A DNA stretch of 64,000 nt from assembly GCA_015485665.1 (NCBI GenBank), contig WFTC01000013.1, positions 3,559 to 67,558 of the forward strand, read 5' to 3'. The notes below the pieces were generated by a model, which saw only the letters and a list, made by a program, of their open reading frames with translations, did not search any database and was not told where the DNA came from. Shown piece after piece: positions 44,418 to 55,347 of the stretch. Every line of letters starts with the position of its first letter. The stretch's first letter is position 1. A program made the position numbers and the translations under genes. The stretch comes from Candidatus Altimarinota bacterium. Lineage in GTDB: Bacteria; Patescibacteriota; Gracilibacteria; UBA1369; 2-02-FULL-48-14.

Positions 44418-45527
44418 ATGCTTGATGCAGAGAAAAGCAATTCGGAGATTAAGGCTAAAGGTGCATCTAAAGCTAAGGGCGCAGATTTTTCAGAACCTTT
44501 AAAAGTGGATGTACCCCAGATGAGTGATAAACTTGGACAATTGGAGGTGCAGCGAGTTGAAGCAAGTGATGAGCTTGAAAAAATTCGCAAACAAAGTTCT
44601 ACTCAGGTGCATTCTCAAACCTCAAACTTATCTGAGTCTGATGTGAAATCAAACTTTGAGAAGGGTGATGGTGGGTTTTTAGATTTGTTGGAGGAAGCTA
44701 ATCTTTCTATAAAGCATTTAAAATTTTGTTGTGGTGGCATATTTATTTTATTTATTGTCATAACTTTGATTTATGGTGCTGTTAGATGGGTGCCCACTTG
44801 GAAGATATGGTCTAATAAAGATTACAATGTTGATATTGTTGAAAATAATGTAAATGAGTTTGAAGATATTTATAAAGAGGAAAATGAAGATACACCTTTC
44901 ATGGAAGTAAGTGAGTCTCAAAGTGGAACTATTTATGCCGGATTACTTCTTGGTATGAATGAATCTGAGCCTGATCCAGCTATTGATGCAGGAGTAAATT
45001 TGGGTGGAGTTGCAAGTGAAAACAGCATGACGGATTCTATTCGTTTATTTGCTCGTTTGTACGAATCTATGCAAGTTGATGTTCAGGATCTTTTGGATCA
45101 ATCTAAAGATAGAAGGGCGACTCTTTCCGATTATGCTGATGAATTGAGGTATCTTTATTCTAAAGGTGAAAGAGAGTTGAAAGAGCTTCGTGCAAAGACG
45201 GATAATCTTGTGAGTCAGTTTACTCAGGTTGAGAATGAGAAAGATATTATGGAAGATCGTTTTTTTGATAAACTTGGAAATTTGGATGCCTATGGAGCTG
45301 ATGCTGCTTTGGAGGCTTTTATTATTAGAGGGGAAGAAGTTGTAAGTCTTCGTGCTCGTTATTTGGCATATAAAAAACTCATTGAGTATTATGACATTCT
45401 TCTTGCAGATATAGACAGGCGTATTTTTGATATTGATCTGAATGAGGAGGCATTGGTAAAAGGCATTCAAGTTGTGGATATTCAAGGTTCAGATCTTGAT
45501 TTGATTATTCAGGAGTCTGAGCTGTGA
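44418..45527 (+). CDS. hypothetical single-TM coiled-coil protein
   Basis: 369-aa ORF. Confidence 0.65.
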   Translation: MLDAEKSNSEIKAKGASKAKGADFSEPLKVDVPQMSDKLGQLEVQRVEASDELEKIRKQSSTQVHSQTSNLSESDVKSNFEKGDGGFLDLLEEANLSIKHLKFCCGGIFILFIVITLIYGAVRWVPTWKIWSNKDYNVDIVENNVNEFEDIYKEENEDTPFMEVSESQSGTIYAGLLLGMNESEPDPAIDAGVNLGGVASENSMTDSIRLFARLYESMQVDVQDLLDQSKDRRATLSDYADELRYLYSKGERELKELRAKTDNLVSQFTQVENEKDIMEDRFFDKLGNLDAYGADAALEAFIIRGEEVVSLRARYLAYKKLIEYYDILLADIDRRIFDIDLNEEALVKGIQVVDIQGSDLDLIIQESEL

Positions 45528-45570
45528 TTGACAATTGCTATATGCGTCATTTTGATTTAGTATTGGGAAC

Positions 45571-47709
45571 ATGGATTACAGCATTTTACGTAAACGTATT
45601 GAGAGGGAGCGTCCCGACCTTGATATTAAGGCTATAGATGCAGCTTATGAATGTGCTTATGCGGCTCATTCCGGTCAGTTTCGTTATTCCGGAGAGCCTT
45701 ATATTACTCATCCTGTTGCAGCTACAGCCTTGCTTTTAGCTTTGAATCCGGATCTTGTATCCATTCAAGCATGTCTCTTGCATGATGTGACGGAAGATAC
45801 TTTTTTAACTTCCGAAGATATTGAACAAAAATTTTGTTCAGATGTGGCAACTTTGGTTGAGGGTATGGAGAAGTTATCCGTTGTAAAAATATCTTCAGAA
45901 TCAGATCAAAGTGAAGAATGGAGGAATATGTTTTTGGCTATGGCAAAGGATATTCGTATTGTATTTATAAAATTGGCTGATCGTTTACATAATATGCAAA
46001 CTTTGGATTTTGTTCCCAAGTCTAAACAAGAACGTATAGCCAGAGAATCTTTAATGTTGCATGCGGCGATTGCTTCACGTTTGGGAATTTATCAATTTAA
46101 GAGTGAACTTGAAGATTTATGTTTTAAGTATTTGGAAAAGGAAGCCTTTTATTCTTTATTGCATAAACTGTCTGAATATAGGCGACAAAGTGATAGCTAT
46201 ATCAATCTTGTAAGAGATGAAGTGGTAGAACTTTTGCAGCGTTCTGGAGTGGATTTTTTGGAGGTTCAAGGTAGAATGAAGCATTTGTGGAGTATTTATC
46301 AAAAAATGCAACGTAAAGACACGGAAAATGTGGATGATATTCAAGATCTTTTTGCTCTGCGTGTGATTTTACCAGATATGATTTGCAATAATGAAGAGAA
46401 GGTTGCTCATTTATATACTGCTCTCGGTATTATTCATGCACATACTGTGCCCTTGCAAGATCGTTTTAAAGATTATGTTGCCGTACCTAAGCCAAATGGC
46501 TACAGGAGCTTGCATACAACAGTTTTAGGTTTGGGTGTACAGCTCTATGAAAGACCTACGGAAATTCAAATTCGTACTGAGCGTATGCATAGGGAATCTG
46601 AAATTGGAATTGCCTCTCATACAAATTACAAATTGGGTAAAAAAATTGTTCGAACTTTTGATTTAAATAGGCATAAAGCTCTTCAATCATCAATGAAAAA
46701 GGTGAAAGCAATTGTAAAAAGATTTCCTGAGCTTGAGGGAATTGTAAAAGATTGGGTGGAGCGTTATCAGCATATTTTCCCTGAAGATAGGAGTAAAGTG
46801 GAAAAGATATTATTAGATTATGGATTGAGCAGTGAAGATTTAGACAATATTAGAAAAGGTCGGAGTCAGGAGAATCTTAAATTGGAACCTAAGCTTGAAA
46901 CTCAGATGGCTTGGCTTAGAGGATTGGCAGAAAAAGAAGAAGGGATGGAGATAGATTTATTTCCGGATAAAATTTTTGTTCTTACACCGAATCGTGATGT
47001 GATAGAGCTTCCAAGAGGTGCAACGCCGATTGACTTTGCTTATGCCGTACATACGGAAGTGGGTCACAAAATGGCACATGCTAAAGTAAATGGTCGCATA
47101 GTGCCTTTGGATTATGTTTTAACGAATGGTCAACAGGTTGAAATTGGCACACGCAGCAATGCTTCTCCTAATCGTTATTGGTTAAGTATCGCCAAGACAT
47201 CTTACGCTCAGGCGAAAATTAAAAATTGGTTTAATAGGCAAGATCGTGATTCAAATGTGGCTTCTGGACGTGATATTTTAAATAAAGAACTTGATAAGCT
47301 TGGAGAGAAACTTTTGGATGAAAGATTAACTTTGCTTAAAGATTATGCCGGTAAGCAGAGAGATTTTTCCGAGCGTGAACAAATTTTAGAGTCAATTGCT
47401 TTAGGTTCCATTACAATCGGGCAAGTTATAAAGACTCTTTTTGGAACTATGCCGATAAAGTCGAATAAAAAAAATGTTCAAAAAAAGTGTGATGTTAAAG
47501 ATCCTAGTCATTTGGTTATTGTGACAGGGGAGGAAAAACTTCCGACTTTATTAAGCGCTTGTTGTAAACCTGTTTTTGGTGTGCCGATTATAGGCTATGT
47601 TACTCGTGGAAGGAATATACGTATTCACAGAAGCAGTTGTAAAGATCTCAAAGGCTTGGAAGGTGAGCGTTTTGTTAGCGCTCATTGGCAAGATAGAAGT
47701 GAGATTTAA
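45571..47709 (+). CDS. rel: bifunctional (p)ppGpp synthetase/hydrolase (long RSH)
   Basis: HD domain (LLHDVTED), KLADRLHNM, KPNGYRSLHT and TGS domain (TPIDFAYAVHT). Confidence 0.93.
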   Translation: MDYSILRKRIERERPDLDIKAIDAAYECAYAAHSGQFRYSGEPYITHPVAATALLLALNPDLVSIQACLLHDVTEDTFLTSEDIEQKFCSDVATLVEGMEKLSVVKISSESDQSEEWRNMFLAMAKDIRIVFIKLADRLHNMQTLDFVPKSKQERIARESLMLHAAIASRLGIYQFKSELEDLCFKYLEKEAFYSLLHKLSEYRRQSDSYINLVRDEVVELLQRSGVDFLEVQGRMKHLWSIYQKMQRKDTENVDDIQDLFALRVILPDMICNNEEKVAHLYTALGIIHAHTVPLQDRFKDYVAVPKPNGYRSLHTTVLGLGVQLYERPTEIQIRTERMHRESEIGIASHTNYKLGKKIVRTFDLNRHKALQSSMKKVKAIVKRFPELEGIVKDWVERYQHIFPEDRSKVEKILLDYGLSSEDLDNIRKGRSQENLKLEPKLETQMAWLRGLAEKEEGMEIDLFPDKIFVLTPNRDVIELPRGATPIDFAYAVHTEVGHKMAHAKVNGRIVPLDYVLTNGQQVEIGTRSNASPNRYWLSIAKTSYAQAKIKNWFNRQDRDSNVASGRDILNKELDKLGEKLLDERLTLLKDYAGKQRDFSEREQILESIALGSITIGQVIKTLFGTMPIKSNKKNVQKKCDVKDPSHLVIVTGEEKLPTLLSACCKPVFGVPIIGYVTRGRNIRIHRSSCKDLKGLEGERFVSAHWQDRSEI

Positions 47710-47720
47710 ACTGAAAAAGA

Positions 47721-48440
47721 TTAGAAAGACAAAGTTTTTAAAGGCTTTTGTAGATGAGCTTCAAAGAGTTGATAAGTAAGTTTGCGTATTTCTTGTTGTT
47801 CTTCAAAGCTCAGTTTTACTTTATTTGCCTGTGAGACATGTCTCATGCGAAAGAACTCCATTGCTTTTCTGTATTTTAGTTGAAGCGGTTTTTGTGAAGG
47901 GCTGCAATTTTCACAATGTAATGTACCTTGTTTCATATCCCAGTGTAGATGTCGTTCTTTTTGATCTTCATGACATTGGCTGCATTCACGAAAATTTGGA
48001 AGAAAGCCTAAATGATTAGCTAATTGAACTAAACTCATATCAAGCAAGTGAGTTTGAACATTTTTTTTATTCAATTCTGTAAAGCTGGACAAAAGTAAGT
48101 CAAAAATTTCCGGATGAGGATCATTTGTAAGTACGCTCAGTTCCGTTAGTTGAAGTAGCAAGCCGGCTTCTATGATTTTATCTAAATCTTCTTTTAGGTG
48201 TATAAAGCTTTCTTGGCACTCAACTTCTTGTAAAAAATATTTATTTTTACCTTTATATAAGCTGCCTTTAATCAGATTCATTGCTTCCAGATGGGCACTT
48301 CTTAGGGATTTGCCATAACCTGCACCTTTTGCAATTACTTCAATGCGCTTTCCTTTTTTATCCAATAAAACCAGTGATAGATCCCTTTCAAAAACATGTC
48401 TTTTTTTAAGTATGATGGCTGTGAAATTATTATGCTTCAT
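47721..48440 (-). CDS. recO: DNA repair protein RecO
   Basis: OB fold (IAKGA) and CSQC...CENC zinc finger. Confidence 0.88.
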   Translation of the reverse strand: MKHNNFTAIILKKRHVFERDLSLVLLDKKGKRIEVIAKGAGYGKSLRSAHLEAMNLIKGSLYKGKNKYFLQEVECQESFIHLKEDLDKIIEAGLLLQLTELSVLTNDPHPEIFDLLLSSFTELNKKNVQTHLLDMSLVQLANHLGFLPNFRECSQCHEDQKERHLHWDMKQGTLHCENCSPSQKPLQLKYRKAMEFFRMRHVSQANKVKLSFEEQQEIRKLTYQLFEAHLQKPLKTLSF

Positions 48441-49351
48441 TTTTCTAAATCAAAATTTCTTTTTAGGTAAAAATTAATTGCGACTAAGCTTGAGCCAAGT
48501 CCTATAAGCAGACCGGTACCCATCTGCGTGCTTAAAAGTAATATGATTTGCAAGTCGTTTTTGAAACTGAGAAGATCTTTAAGTCCCGTTCCAAGCATGA
48601 ATAAATATAGCAATATAAAGCTGAACAATACTGAGGTTAAGCTGTATATGGCACCTTCAATCAAAAAAGGTAGGCGAATCATATCAGGGTGCGCACCCAC
48701 CATCTGCATAATTTGAATTTCTTTTTTTCTTGTAAAAATGCTCAAATGTATGGCATTTACAACAATTACCACTGATCCAGCTGTGAATGCAAGCATGATA
48801 CCAAAAATAAGTGTTTTGCTGATATTTTTTACTTTTATAAGTCTTTCCATGATAGTTTTATTTTCATTCATGCTTTCAACATCAAGCATGTAAGGGGCGT
48901 AAGGAGATTCTTTCAGATATTGAAGTATTTTTTCATGGTCTTGAGCTGAATTTGCAGTTATACGAAAATTGCCAGGTAGAGGGTTTGCTAGACCGTAATC
49001 TGTAAACAGTGATTCTTTTTCCGGGTATAATTTTAGGAAGGTCTTTAATGCTTCTTCTTTGCTTGTGTAGCTTACCTCCAAAACTTCTGATAATCCTTCA
49101 ATTGCATTTTGCATATCGGTTATATCATAGAGCGAAGTGTCATCACTGATATAAACAATAAGATCCACTTTACTTTCCAGTTCATTCAAGCTTTTTTGTG
49201 TAAGTGCGTTTAAAGACCATGCGACATTGAAAACAAATAAAATCAAAGCCATCATCACCGTTGTGGTGATGCTTATATAAGCATTGCGAGTAATATTCGC
49301 ATGTGCAAGCTTTAAGAGTCTTTTGAATTTGTGCTTGTAAGTGGGGCGCAT
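48437..49351 (-). CDS. ftsX: cell division permease FtsX
   Basis: SKEEAL, NPLP and KKEIQIMQMVGA..IRLPFLIEG motifs. Confidence 0.9.
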   Translation of the reverse strand: MRPTYKHKFKRLLKLAHANITRNAYISITTTVMMALILFVFNVAWSLNALTQKSLNELESKVDLIVYISDDTSLYDITDMQNAIEGLSEVLEVSYTSKEEALKTFLKLYPEKESLFTDYGLANPLPGNFRITANSAQDHEKILQYLKESPYAPYMLDVESMNENKTIMERLIKVKNISKTLIFGIMLAFTAGSVVIVVNAIHLSIFTRKKEIQIMQMVGAHPDMIRLPFLIEGAIYSLTSVLFSFILLYLFMLGTGLKDLLSFKNDLQIILLLSTQMGTGLLIGLGSSLVAINFYLKRNFDLEK

Positions 49352-49788
49352 TTTTTGTGGGTGGAGAGAGTCTTTTGAATTATTGAACTCTTGAAATTTT
49401 GAGGTTGAAAAGCCTTTAAGCGAACAATTTTTGTATTCATTTTTTCTTTTATGAAAAGTTGTCTAAGTCCGTAAGTGAAAACAAATTGATCATATCCTAG
49501 TGCAATTATGTCAGGTTTTATTTTTTTTAGCACTTTATATTTATCATCGTTATAACCGAGAATAGCTTTATCAACATAATTGCAGCGGCTTACATCTCTA
49601 AGACGTTTGCGTTCTGAATACATCGGGCTTTTCCCTTTTACTTTTTTTACTGTTTCATCTCTTGCAATTACAACAATCAATTCATCTCCCAAAGTCTTAG
49701 CTTGTTTAAGATAGTCTTCATGTCCCGCATGAAAATAGTCAAAAGTGCCAAAGGCCATGACCGATATTTTTTTATTGGATGGTTGCAT
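49312..49788 (-). CDS. cytidylyltransferase-like protein (archaeal FAD synthase RibL-like)
   Basis: FGTFDYFHAGH, VVIARD and PDIIALGYDQ motifs. Confidence 0.75.
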   Translation of the reverse strand: MQPSNKKISVMAFGTFDYFHAGHEDYLKQAKTLGDELIVVIARDETVKKVKGKSPMYSERKRLRDVSRCNYVDKAILGYNDDKYKVLKKIKPDIIALGYDQFVFTYGLRQLFIKEKMNTKIVRLKAFQPQNFKSSIIQKTLSTHKKCAPLTSTNSKDS

Positions 49789-50086
49789 CGGGCAGCATGA
49801 AATTAATATATAAGGCTAAGATAAATAACACACCTGCCAATCCTGCGCAAAGATAAGCCGGCTTTTTTGAGTTGCCGGTTATATTTCCTATATGTAGGCT
49901 CAGTCGACTGGATCCATATGTGAGGCCTGCAAATAAAAATGGCAAATCCAGAGTTTTTAGTATTAGCATTATCAAGTTTTCTTTTGCACCTTGCATAACA
50001 AGCATGGTTGCACCTATCTGCAAGATTCCGAAAGCAAGAAAGAAAAAGAATGAAACTTTGCTGATTGTACGAAGGCTTTTTTCCAT
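49772..50086 (-). CDS. hypothetical membrane protein
   Basis: Three hydrophobic segments. Confidence 0.6.
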   Translation of the reverse strand: MEKSLRTISKVSFFFFLAFGILQIGATMLVMQGAKENLIMLILKTLDLPFLFAGLTYGSSRLSLHIGNITGNSKKPAYLCAGLAGVLFILALYINFMLPDATIQ

Positions 50087-50218
50087 AAAAAACAGGCTAC
50101 GGATGTATTATAGCTAAATGGCAAAAGATGCGCCACATTCATTATGTATTGGACTAATACAAAGGCTTTTAATATTAAATTTACACTGCTACAATCACGC
50201 TGCTAAAAATTTTTTTGT

Positions 50219-50509
50219 ATGAAGCTTAGTAAAGATGATGTTAAAAAAATTGCTCACTTGGCACGGCTGAGGCTTAGTGATGAAGAGCTTGACCGTTTTT
50301 TACCTCAGCTTACTGAAATTCTAAGCTATGTTGAAATGCTCCAAGAAGTAAATACAAAAGGAGTGTTGGAAACTTGTCAGGTTGCCGGTCTTGAGAATAT
50401 AATGAGAGAAGACATAGTTGATCATTCTTTGGCAACAGCCGATGATTTACTATCCACTGCCGCTTTGCCTGTTGTGGATCACCAAATACGGATTAATAGA
50501 ATAATGTAG
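50219..50509 (+). CDS. gatC: Asp/Glu-tRNA amidotransferase subunit C
   Basis: VKKIAHLARL; immediately precedes gatA. Confidence 0.95.
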   Translation: MKLSKDDVKKIAHLARLRLSDEELDRFLPQLTEILSYVEMLQEVNTKGVLETCQVAGLENIMREDIVDHSLATADDLLSTAALPVVDHQIRINRIM

Positions 50510-51972
50510 TGCTTGATTTTAATAACATGACAATTACGGATGCGCATGAAGGGCTTAAAGCCGGTGCTTTTAGCGTGCAGGATTTACTTGATGCATCTTT
50601 GCATCGCATTGAGGAGAGTAAAGATTTGAATTCTTTCATCAGCATTACGAAAGAATATGCTACGGAACGTGCCGCTTTGCTTGATGCAAAAATATCCAAT
50701 GGCGATGATATTCCTATTTTAGCCGGCATTCCCCTAGCTTTGAAAGATCTTTTCAATATGAAAGGAAGTTTTACAACTTCCGGCAGTTTGATGCTTGCAA
50801 ATTACAAATCTCCTTATGACGCAAGTGTTGTGACTAAGCTTAAAGAAGTGGATGCTCTTATTGTAGGTAAAAATAATATGGACGAATTTGCTTGCGGAGT
50901 ATCAAATGAAACTTCTTATTTTGGTCCTGTGTTAAATCCTTGGGATAAAACAAGGGTGCCTGGCGGTTCCTCAGGTGGATCTGCAGCAGCCGTTGCCGCC
51001 GGACAAGTCTTTTATGCACTTGGAACAGATACCGGTGGATCAATTCGGCAACCTGCATCATTGTGTGGAGTGGTCGGTTTCAAGCCAAGTTATGGCAGAG
51101 TGAGTCGTTTCGGAGTAAATGCAATGGCATCAAGTTGGGATCATGTGGGACCTATTACCAGAACCGTTAAGGATGCCGCCCTTGTAATGAATGTTATTGC
51201 AGGTAAGGATCCATATGATGCAACCATGCCTGACAGACCGGTTTTAGATTATACCGCTGAGCTTGATGATGGCATCAGTGGTATGACTATAGGAGTTCCA
51301 AAAGAATTTTTTGAAGAAGGGGTTGATGAAGAAGTGCAAGATATAGTGAGATCCGCTCTTAAAGAGTGTGAAGCTTTGGGCGCCACTCTTAAAGAAGTGA
51401 GTTTGCCAATGATGAAGTATGGGGTGGCTATTTATTATGTGACAACGCCCGGAGAATTATCCACTAATTTGGCTCGTTTGGATGGTGTACGTTTTGGTTA
51501 TAAGCCGGAAGGTGAATTTAAAAATATTCACGAATATTATGCTGCTTCAAGAGGAGATAGCTTCGGAGATGAAATTAAGAGGCGCACCATGATTGGAACT
51601 TTTGTTCTTTCGGCAGGTTATGCTGATGCTTATTATAAGCAAGCTCAACGTGTTCGCACTTTGGTGATTGAGGATTTTGCAAGAGTTTTTAAAGAAGTTG
51701 ATGTTTTAATGGCACCTTCTTCTCCAACTGTTGCTTTCAAGATAGGAGAGAAGTTGGACGATCCGCTTGCAATGTATATGTGTGACGTTCTTACAATTCC
51801 AGCAAATGCAGCTGGAATTCCGGCAATTTCCATTCCTTGCGGTTTCAATTCGGAAGGTCTTCCTGTTGGCTTGCAAATTATGGGACCTCAATTTGAGGAA
51901 TCGCTAGTCCTGAAAGTTGCTTATACTTATGAACAAGCAACAAAATGGCATAAATTGCATCCTGAAATTTAA
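50509..51972 (+). CDS. gatA: Asp/Glu-tRNA amidotransferase subunit A
   Basis: PGGSSGGS, DTGGSIRQPA and EIKRRTMIG motifs. Confidence 0.97.
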   Translation: MLDFNNMTITDAHEGLKAGAFSVQDLLDASLHRIEESKDLNSFISITKEYATERAALLDAKISNGDDIPILAGIPLALKDLFNMKGSFTTSGSLMLANYKSPYDASVVTKLKEVDALIVGKNNMDEFACGVSNETSYFGPVLNPWDKTRVPGGSSGGSAAAVAAGQVFYALGTDTGGSIRQPASLCGVVGFKPSYGRVSRFGVNAMASSWDHVGPITRTVKDAALVMNVIAGKDPYDATMPDRPVLDYTAELDDGISGMTIGVPKEFFEEGVDEEVQDIVRSALKECEALGATLKEVSLPMMKYGVAIYYVTTPGELSTNLARLDGVRFGYKPEGEFKNIHEYYAASRGDSFGDEIKRRTMIGTFVLSAGYADAYYKQAQRVRTLVIEDFARVFKEVDVLMAPSSPTVAFKIGEKLDDPLAMYMCDVLTIPANAAGIPAISIPCGFNSEGLPVGLQIMGPQFEESLVLKVAYTYEQATKWHKLHPEI

Positions 51973-52712
51973 TTTTCATATGTGTTGCTTGCAAATGCCC
52001 AAGCCATTTTAAAAATTGCTCTTTGAGTATCTGCAATTTCTTGACTCTGAATTATCATGCCAAGCACTTCATCTTTTCCGAATGAAACAATTGCCACTTT
52101 ATCATTGTAAATATTAATTTCATTGCAAAAAGGGAAGCGCTTACTTTCTACCAGCCTGATTTCTCTGTAAGAAGATTTATCTTTGGCTGCGACCGCTTTG
52201 CCGTATTCATCTTTTGGTGCAATTCCTCTCAGGTAAATTTTCCTTTTTACACGCTCCGCTACATATTCTCTATCATACTCAGGCCAAAATTGGCGAAGTA
52301 ATCTTGAGTCGGCATAGTTAAGTATTTCACTTGTAGATTGTAATGTATCTGAATAAATTTTTTTAACGGCCTTTGTTCCTTCATAGTATTTGATGTGCGG
52401 ATGTTGGGTACTGCCATTTATGCGTCTTAGCTCCGGCAGTGCCGATTTTAAATTTATATAACGTTGCCGCATGTCATGTTTAATCATGTCCGGTTCTGTT
52501 GCAGAAAAATGCTTAGTTCCGTTTTGATTGACTTCACTTACATAGCCGCGATGCAGTAATTTTTTCAATATGTCATAAGTGCTTACTCTATTTAGTTTCG
52601 CTCCTAATGCAATTTTAGAAACAGGAGAAGGTCCAAGTTCCAAGCAGGAAAGGTAAATTTTAGCTTCTTTTTCACTCAATCCTATCCCTGTGAGAATTTT
52701 TTCCAAGTCCAT
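51969..52712 (-). CDS. TrmB-family transcriptional regulator
   Basis: GLSEKEAKIY..LNRVSTYDILKKL wHTH plus PLD-like C-terminal domain. Confidence 0.85.
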   Translation of the reverse strand: MDLEKILTGIGLSEKEAKIYLSCLELGPSPVSKIALGAKLNRVSTYDILKKLLHRGYVSEVNQNGTKHFSATEPDMIKHDMRQRYINLKSALPELRRINGSTQHPHIKYYEGTKAVKKIYSDTLQSTSEILNYADSRLLRQFWPEYDREYVAERVKRKIYLRGIAPKDEYGKAVAAKDKSSYREIRLVESKRFPFCNEINIYNDKVAIVSFGKDEVLGMIIQSQEIADTQRAIFKMAWAFASNTYEN

Positions 52713-52903
52713 TTTATTAGCAAGATGTCAAGTGTAAAATCCTTGTAGAAAATTTCGACAAACTTACTCTAGCTAACTTTTTTTAACGGGGCAATACTTT
52801 ATTGTAGCTTTTAAAAACATGACTTTTTTTTAAAAAAAACTTGCTTGTTCAAGTCTTTGTAAGTCGTTATCAATTGTATGTATTCTCTTTAACCCATTTA
52901 ACA

Positions 52904-54337
52904 ATGAATTACCTTGCCGATGCCACTAAGGCTGATACAAAGGATGCGCTTCGTGCAAAAAGACGTGCGCATGTTTTTGCTCAGTTTCCAAAATCCGGAA
53001 CAAGTAAGGAACAAATTTTGGAACTGTGTGAAGAATATGCTGTGCAGTTTGTAGATATGCAATTTACAGATATGTTTGGTGTTTTAAAGGCCGTAACTAT
53101 CCCAGTGCATAAACTTGAGGACGCCATTGACCATAATGTATGGTTTGATGGGTCATCTATAGATGGATTTACAAGAATTATGGAGGCTGATATGTATCTT
53201 AGGCCGGATTTGAATACTTTTTCAGTACTTCCTTGGACTAAAAACGGAGAAGATGTGACAGCCAGATTGATTTGTGATGTATTTTTACCTGATGGATCAC
53301 CTTTTGAAGGTTGTCCACGCTATATTTTAAAGAAACAATTAAAGAGAGCAGCAGACCTTGGATTTACTTTCAATATAGGACCTGAATTGGAATTTTTTCT
53401 CTTCACAAAGGATGAATCAGGTAAAATTGCCCCTCTTCCACATGATACTGCAGGTTATTTTGATCAAACAAGCGATTTAGCTTTGCAAATAAGAAGGCAT
53501 ATGGCTTTTGCGCTTGAAGAAATGGGAATTGAAGTTGAGGCACTTCATCATGAAGTTGCACCAGGGCAACATGAAATTAATTTCAAGTTTAGTGATGCAC
53601 TTAGAACGGCTGATAATGCTCAATCATTGAAGCTTACTTTAAAGGCGGTTGCTCACCGTATGGGTCTGCATGCAACTTTCATGCCAAAACCTTTTTTTGG
53701 TCAAAACGGTAGTGGAATGCATGTTCATCAATCTCTTGCCTCAATTGAGGATGCTACAAATAAATTTTATAGGGAAGGGGGGACTTATAATTTATCAGAA
53801 TTGGCTGAACAGTTTATTGCCGGACAATTTGCTCATATTAAAGCTATGAATGCACTTATAAATCCGACTGTCAATTCTTATAAACGTCTTGTTGTAGGTT
53901 ATGAAGCACCTGTAAATGTTGCATGGGGTCAGCAAAATCGTTCGGCATTGGTGCGTGTACCTCGCCTTAGTCCATCTCAGGCTGTGAAAGGTGCTCGCAT
54001 TGAGCTTAGATGTGCTGATCCTTCTGCAAATCCTTACTTGGCTTTTGCAGCTATGCTTGCAGCAGGATTGGATGGTATTGAGAGAGAGCTTAAAGCTCCA
54101 AAACCTATTGAAGAAAATATTTGGGAGCTTTCTAAGGAAGAAATGGAAAAGCAAGGTATTGATACCGTTGCGATAAATCTTGGTGAAGCAATAGATGCAC
54201 TTGATTCGGATGAAGTAATTAAAGATATGCTTGGTTCTCATACCGCTAAACTTTATATAGAAGCAAAACGTAGCGAATGGGAAGAATTCAACATCAGAGT
54301 TACAGATTGGGAGATTGATCGTTATATGGATTGCTAA
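52904..54337 (+). CDS. glnA: glutamine synthetase type I
   Basis: FDGSSI, HHEVAPGQHE, ATFMPKP..NGSGMH and IELRCADP motifs. Confidence 0.97.
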   Translation: MNYLADATKADTKDALRAKRRAHVFAQFPKSGTSKEQILELCEEYAVQFVDMQFTDMFGVLKAVTIPVHKLEDAIDHNVWFDGSSIDGFTRIMEADMYLRPDLNTFSVLPWTKNGEDVTARLICDVFLPDGSPFEGCPRYILKKQLKRAADLGFTFNIGPELEFFLFTKDESGKIAPLPHDTAGYFDQTSDLALQIRRHMAFALEEMGIEVEALHHEVAPGQHEINFKFSDALRTADNAQSLKLTLKAVAHRMGLHATFMPKPFFGQNGSGMHVHQSLASIEDATNKFYREGGTYNLSELAEQFIAGQFAHIKAMNALINPTVNSYKRLVVGYEAPVNVAWGQQNRSALVRVPRLSPSQAVKGARIELRCADPSANPYLAFAAMLAAGLDGIERELKAPKPIEENIWELSKEEMEKQGIDTVAINLGEAIDALDSDEVIKDMLGSHTAKLYIEAKRSEWEEFNIRVTDWEIDRYMDC

Positions 54338-54363
54338 TTTGTATCTATATTGTCAATACGGCG

Positions 54364-54396
54364 AAAACTCCATTACTTTGTGTGGTGGAGTTTTTT
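54364..54396 (+). terminator. intrinsic terminator after glnA
   Basis: AAAACTCCATTAC/GTGGTGGAGTTTT hairpin followed by a T-tract. Confidence 0.7.
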
Positions 54397-54563
54397 AGAA
54401 GCTACCTTAAAACTGTCTGCCTAAGCTTGCGTTAGTTTATAAAAGTCAAGTAAAACATGTCATTCAAGATCTGATAACAACTTTTTAAGCTGTTGATAGA
54501 ATCATATTTTTGAATTTGCATTTTTTTAAATTAGTCTTTTTGATGCTTTAATTTATTTATGCA

Positions 54564-55226
54564 ATGCAAAGCATCATTTTAAGTTCTCAACCCTTGCAAG
54601 TTAATTCTTTGCATCAAGCTCTAAAACGTTTGAATATTGAATCAATATGTGCACGGATACGGGCATTGTCAGAATGGAGACCAGATACCGATGCAGTTAT
54701 TTTTACAGAGAATACGCCGCCGATTTTTTTTGATTTGCTTGAAAGATTTATAGATGAATTGCCATCTAAAACACCATTATTTTTTCTTTTGCCTCAAACA
54801 AAAGAGTTTCGTTTTTATTTTAGATCCATATTGGACAGATGTATTTTTATTGGAAATTCCGTTCATGTTGATGAAGCAGCAAATATAATTTGTGAAATTA
54901 TGATTGAAAGTTATGATACATGTAGTGAAGAACTGATCTGCGGTCCCATTGTTATGAACAGGCAGTTCAGATACTTTGCGATTGCTGGTCATAGCATCCC
55001 TCTTACCCGTAAAGAATATTGTCTTATGGAACTTTTAACCAGAAACTATGGGAAAATAATTACAAGAGAACGTATTAAAGATTATGTTTGGGATCATCGT
55101 CGTTTTGTTTCTCAAAATACCATTGATGTATATATAAGTCGTTTGCGTAAAAAATTGCCGAATATGGAGAACGGACCTATTATAAAAACCGTTCCATGTA
55201 TGGGCTATTCGCTTCATCTACATTAA
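54564..55226 (+). CDS. OmpR/PhoB-type winged-helix regulator with degenerate receiver domain
   Basis: LTRKEY..ITRERI..NTIDVYISRLRKKL..IKTV..GY. Confidence 0.8.
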   Translation: MQSIILSSQPLQVNSLHQALKRLNIESICARIRALSEWRPDTDAVIFTENTPPIFFDLLERFIDELPSKTPLFFLLPQTKEFRFYFRSILDRCIFIGNSVHVDEAANIICEIMIESYDTCSEELICGPIVMNRQFRYFAIAGHSIPLTRKEYCLMELLTRNYGKIITRERIKDYVWDHRRFVSQNTIDVYISRLRKKLPNMENGPIIKTVPCMGYSLHLH

Positions 55227-55347
55227 GTCATATCATTATCCCCAAGCCACAAAACAAGCTTCCATTCATAGTAAGAGTAATTTATATGATTTATGTAGTG
55301 AGGTAAGGAAAGAGTTTAGGTGAATTTAGTTGTATAATAAGCGGTTT

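Noticed and set aside
45571-47709. Rel lacking an obvious C-terminal ACT domain and carrying an insertion before TGS
   Set aside because: Catalytic motifs are intact and such variation is common in long RSH proteins; not enough to call novel
55227-55347. Terminal attC after the AlkD-like gene
   Set aside because: Only a GTTGTAT box (55329-55335) is visible; I found no matching arm or L boxes
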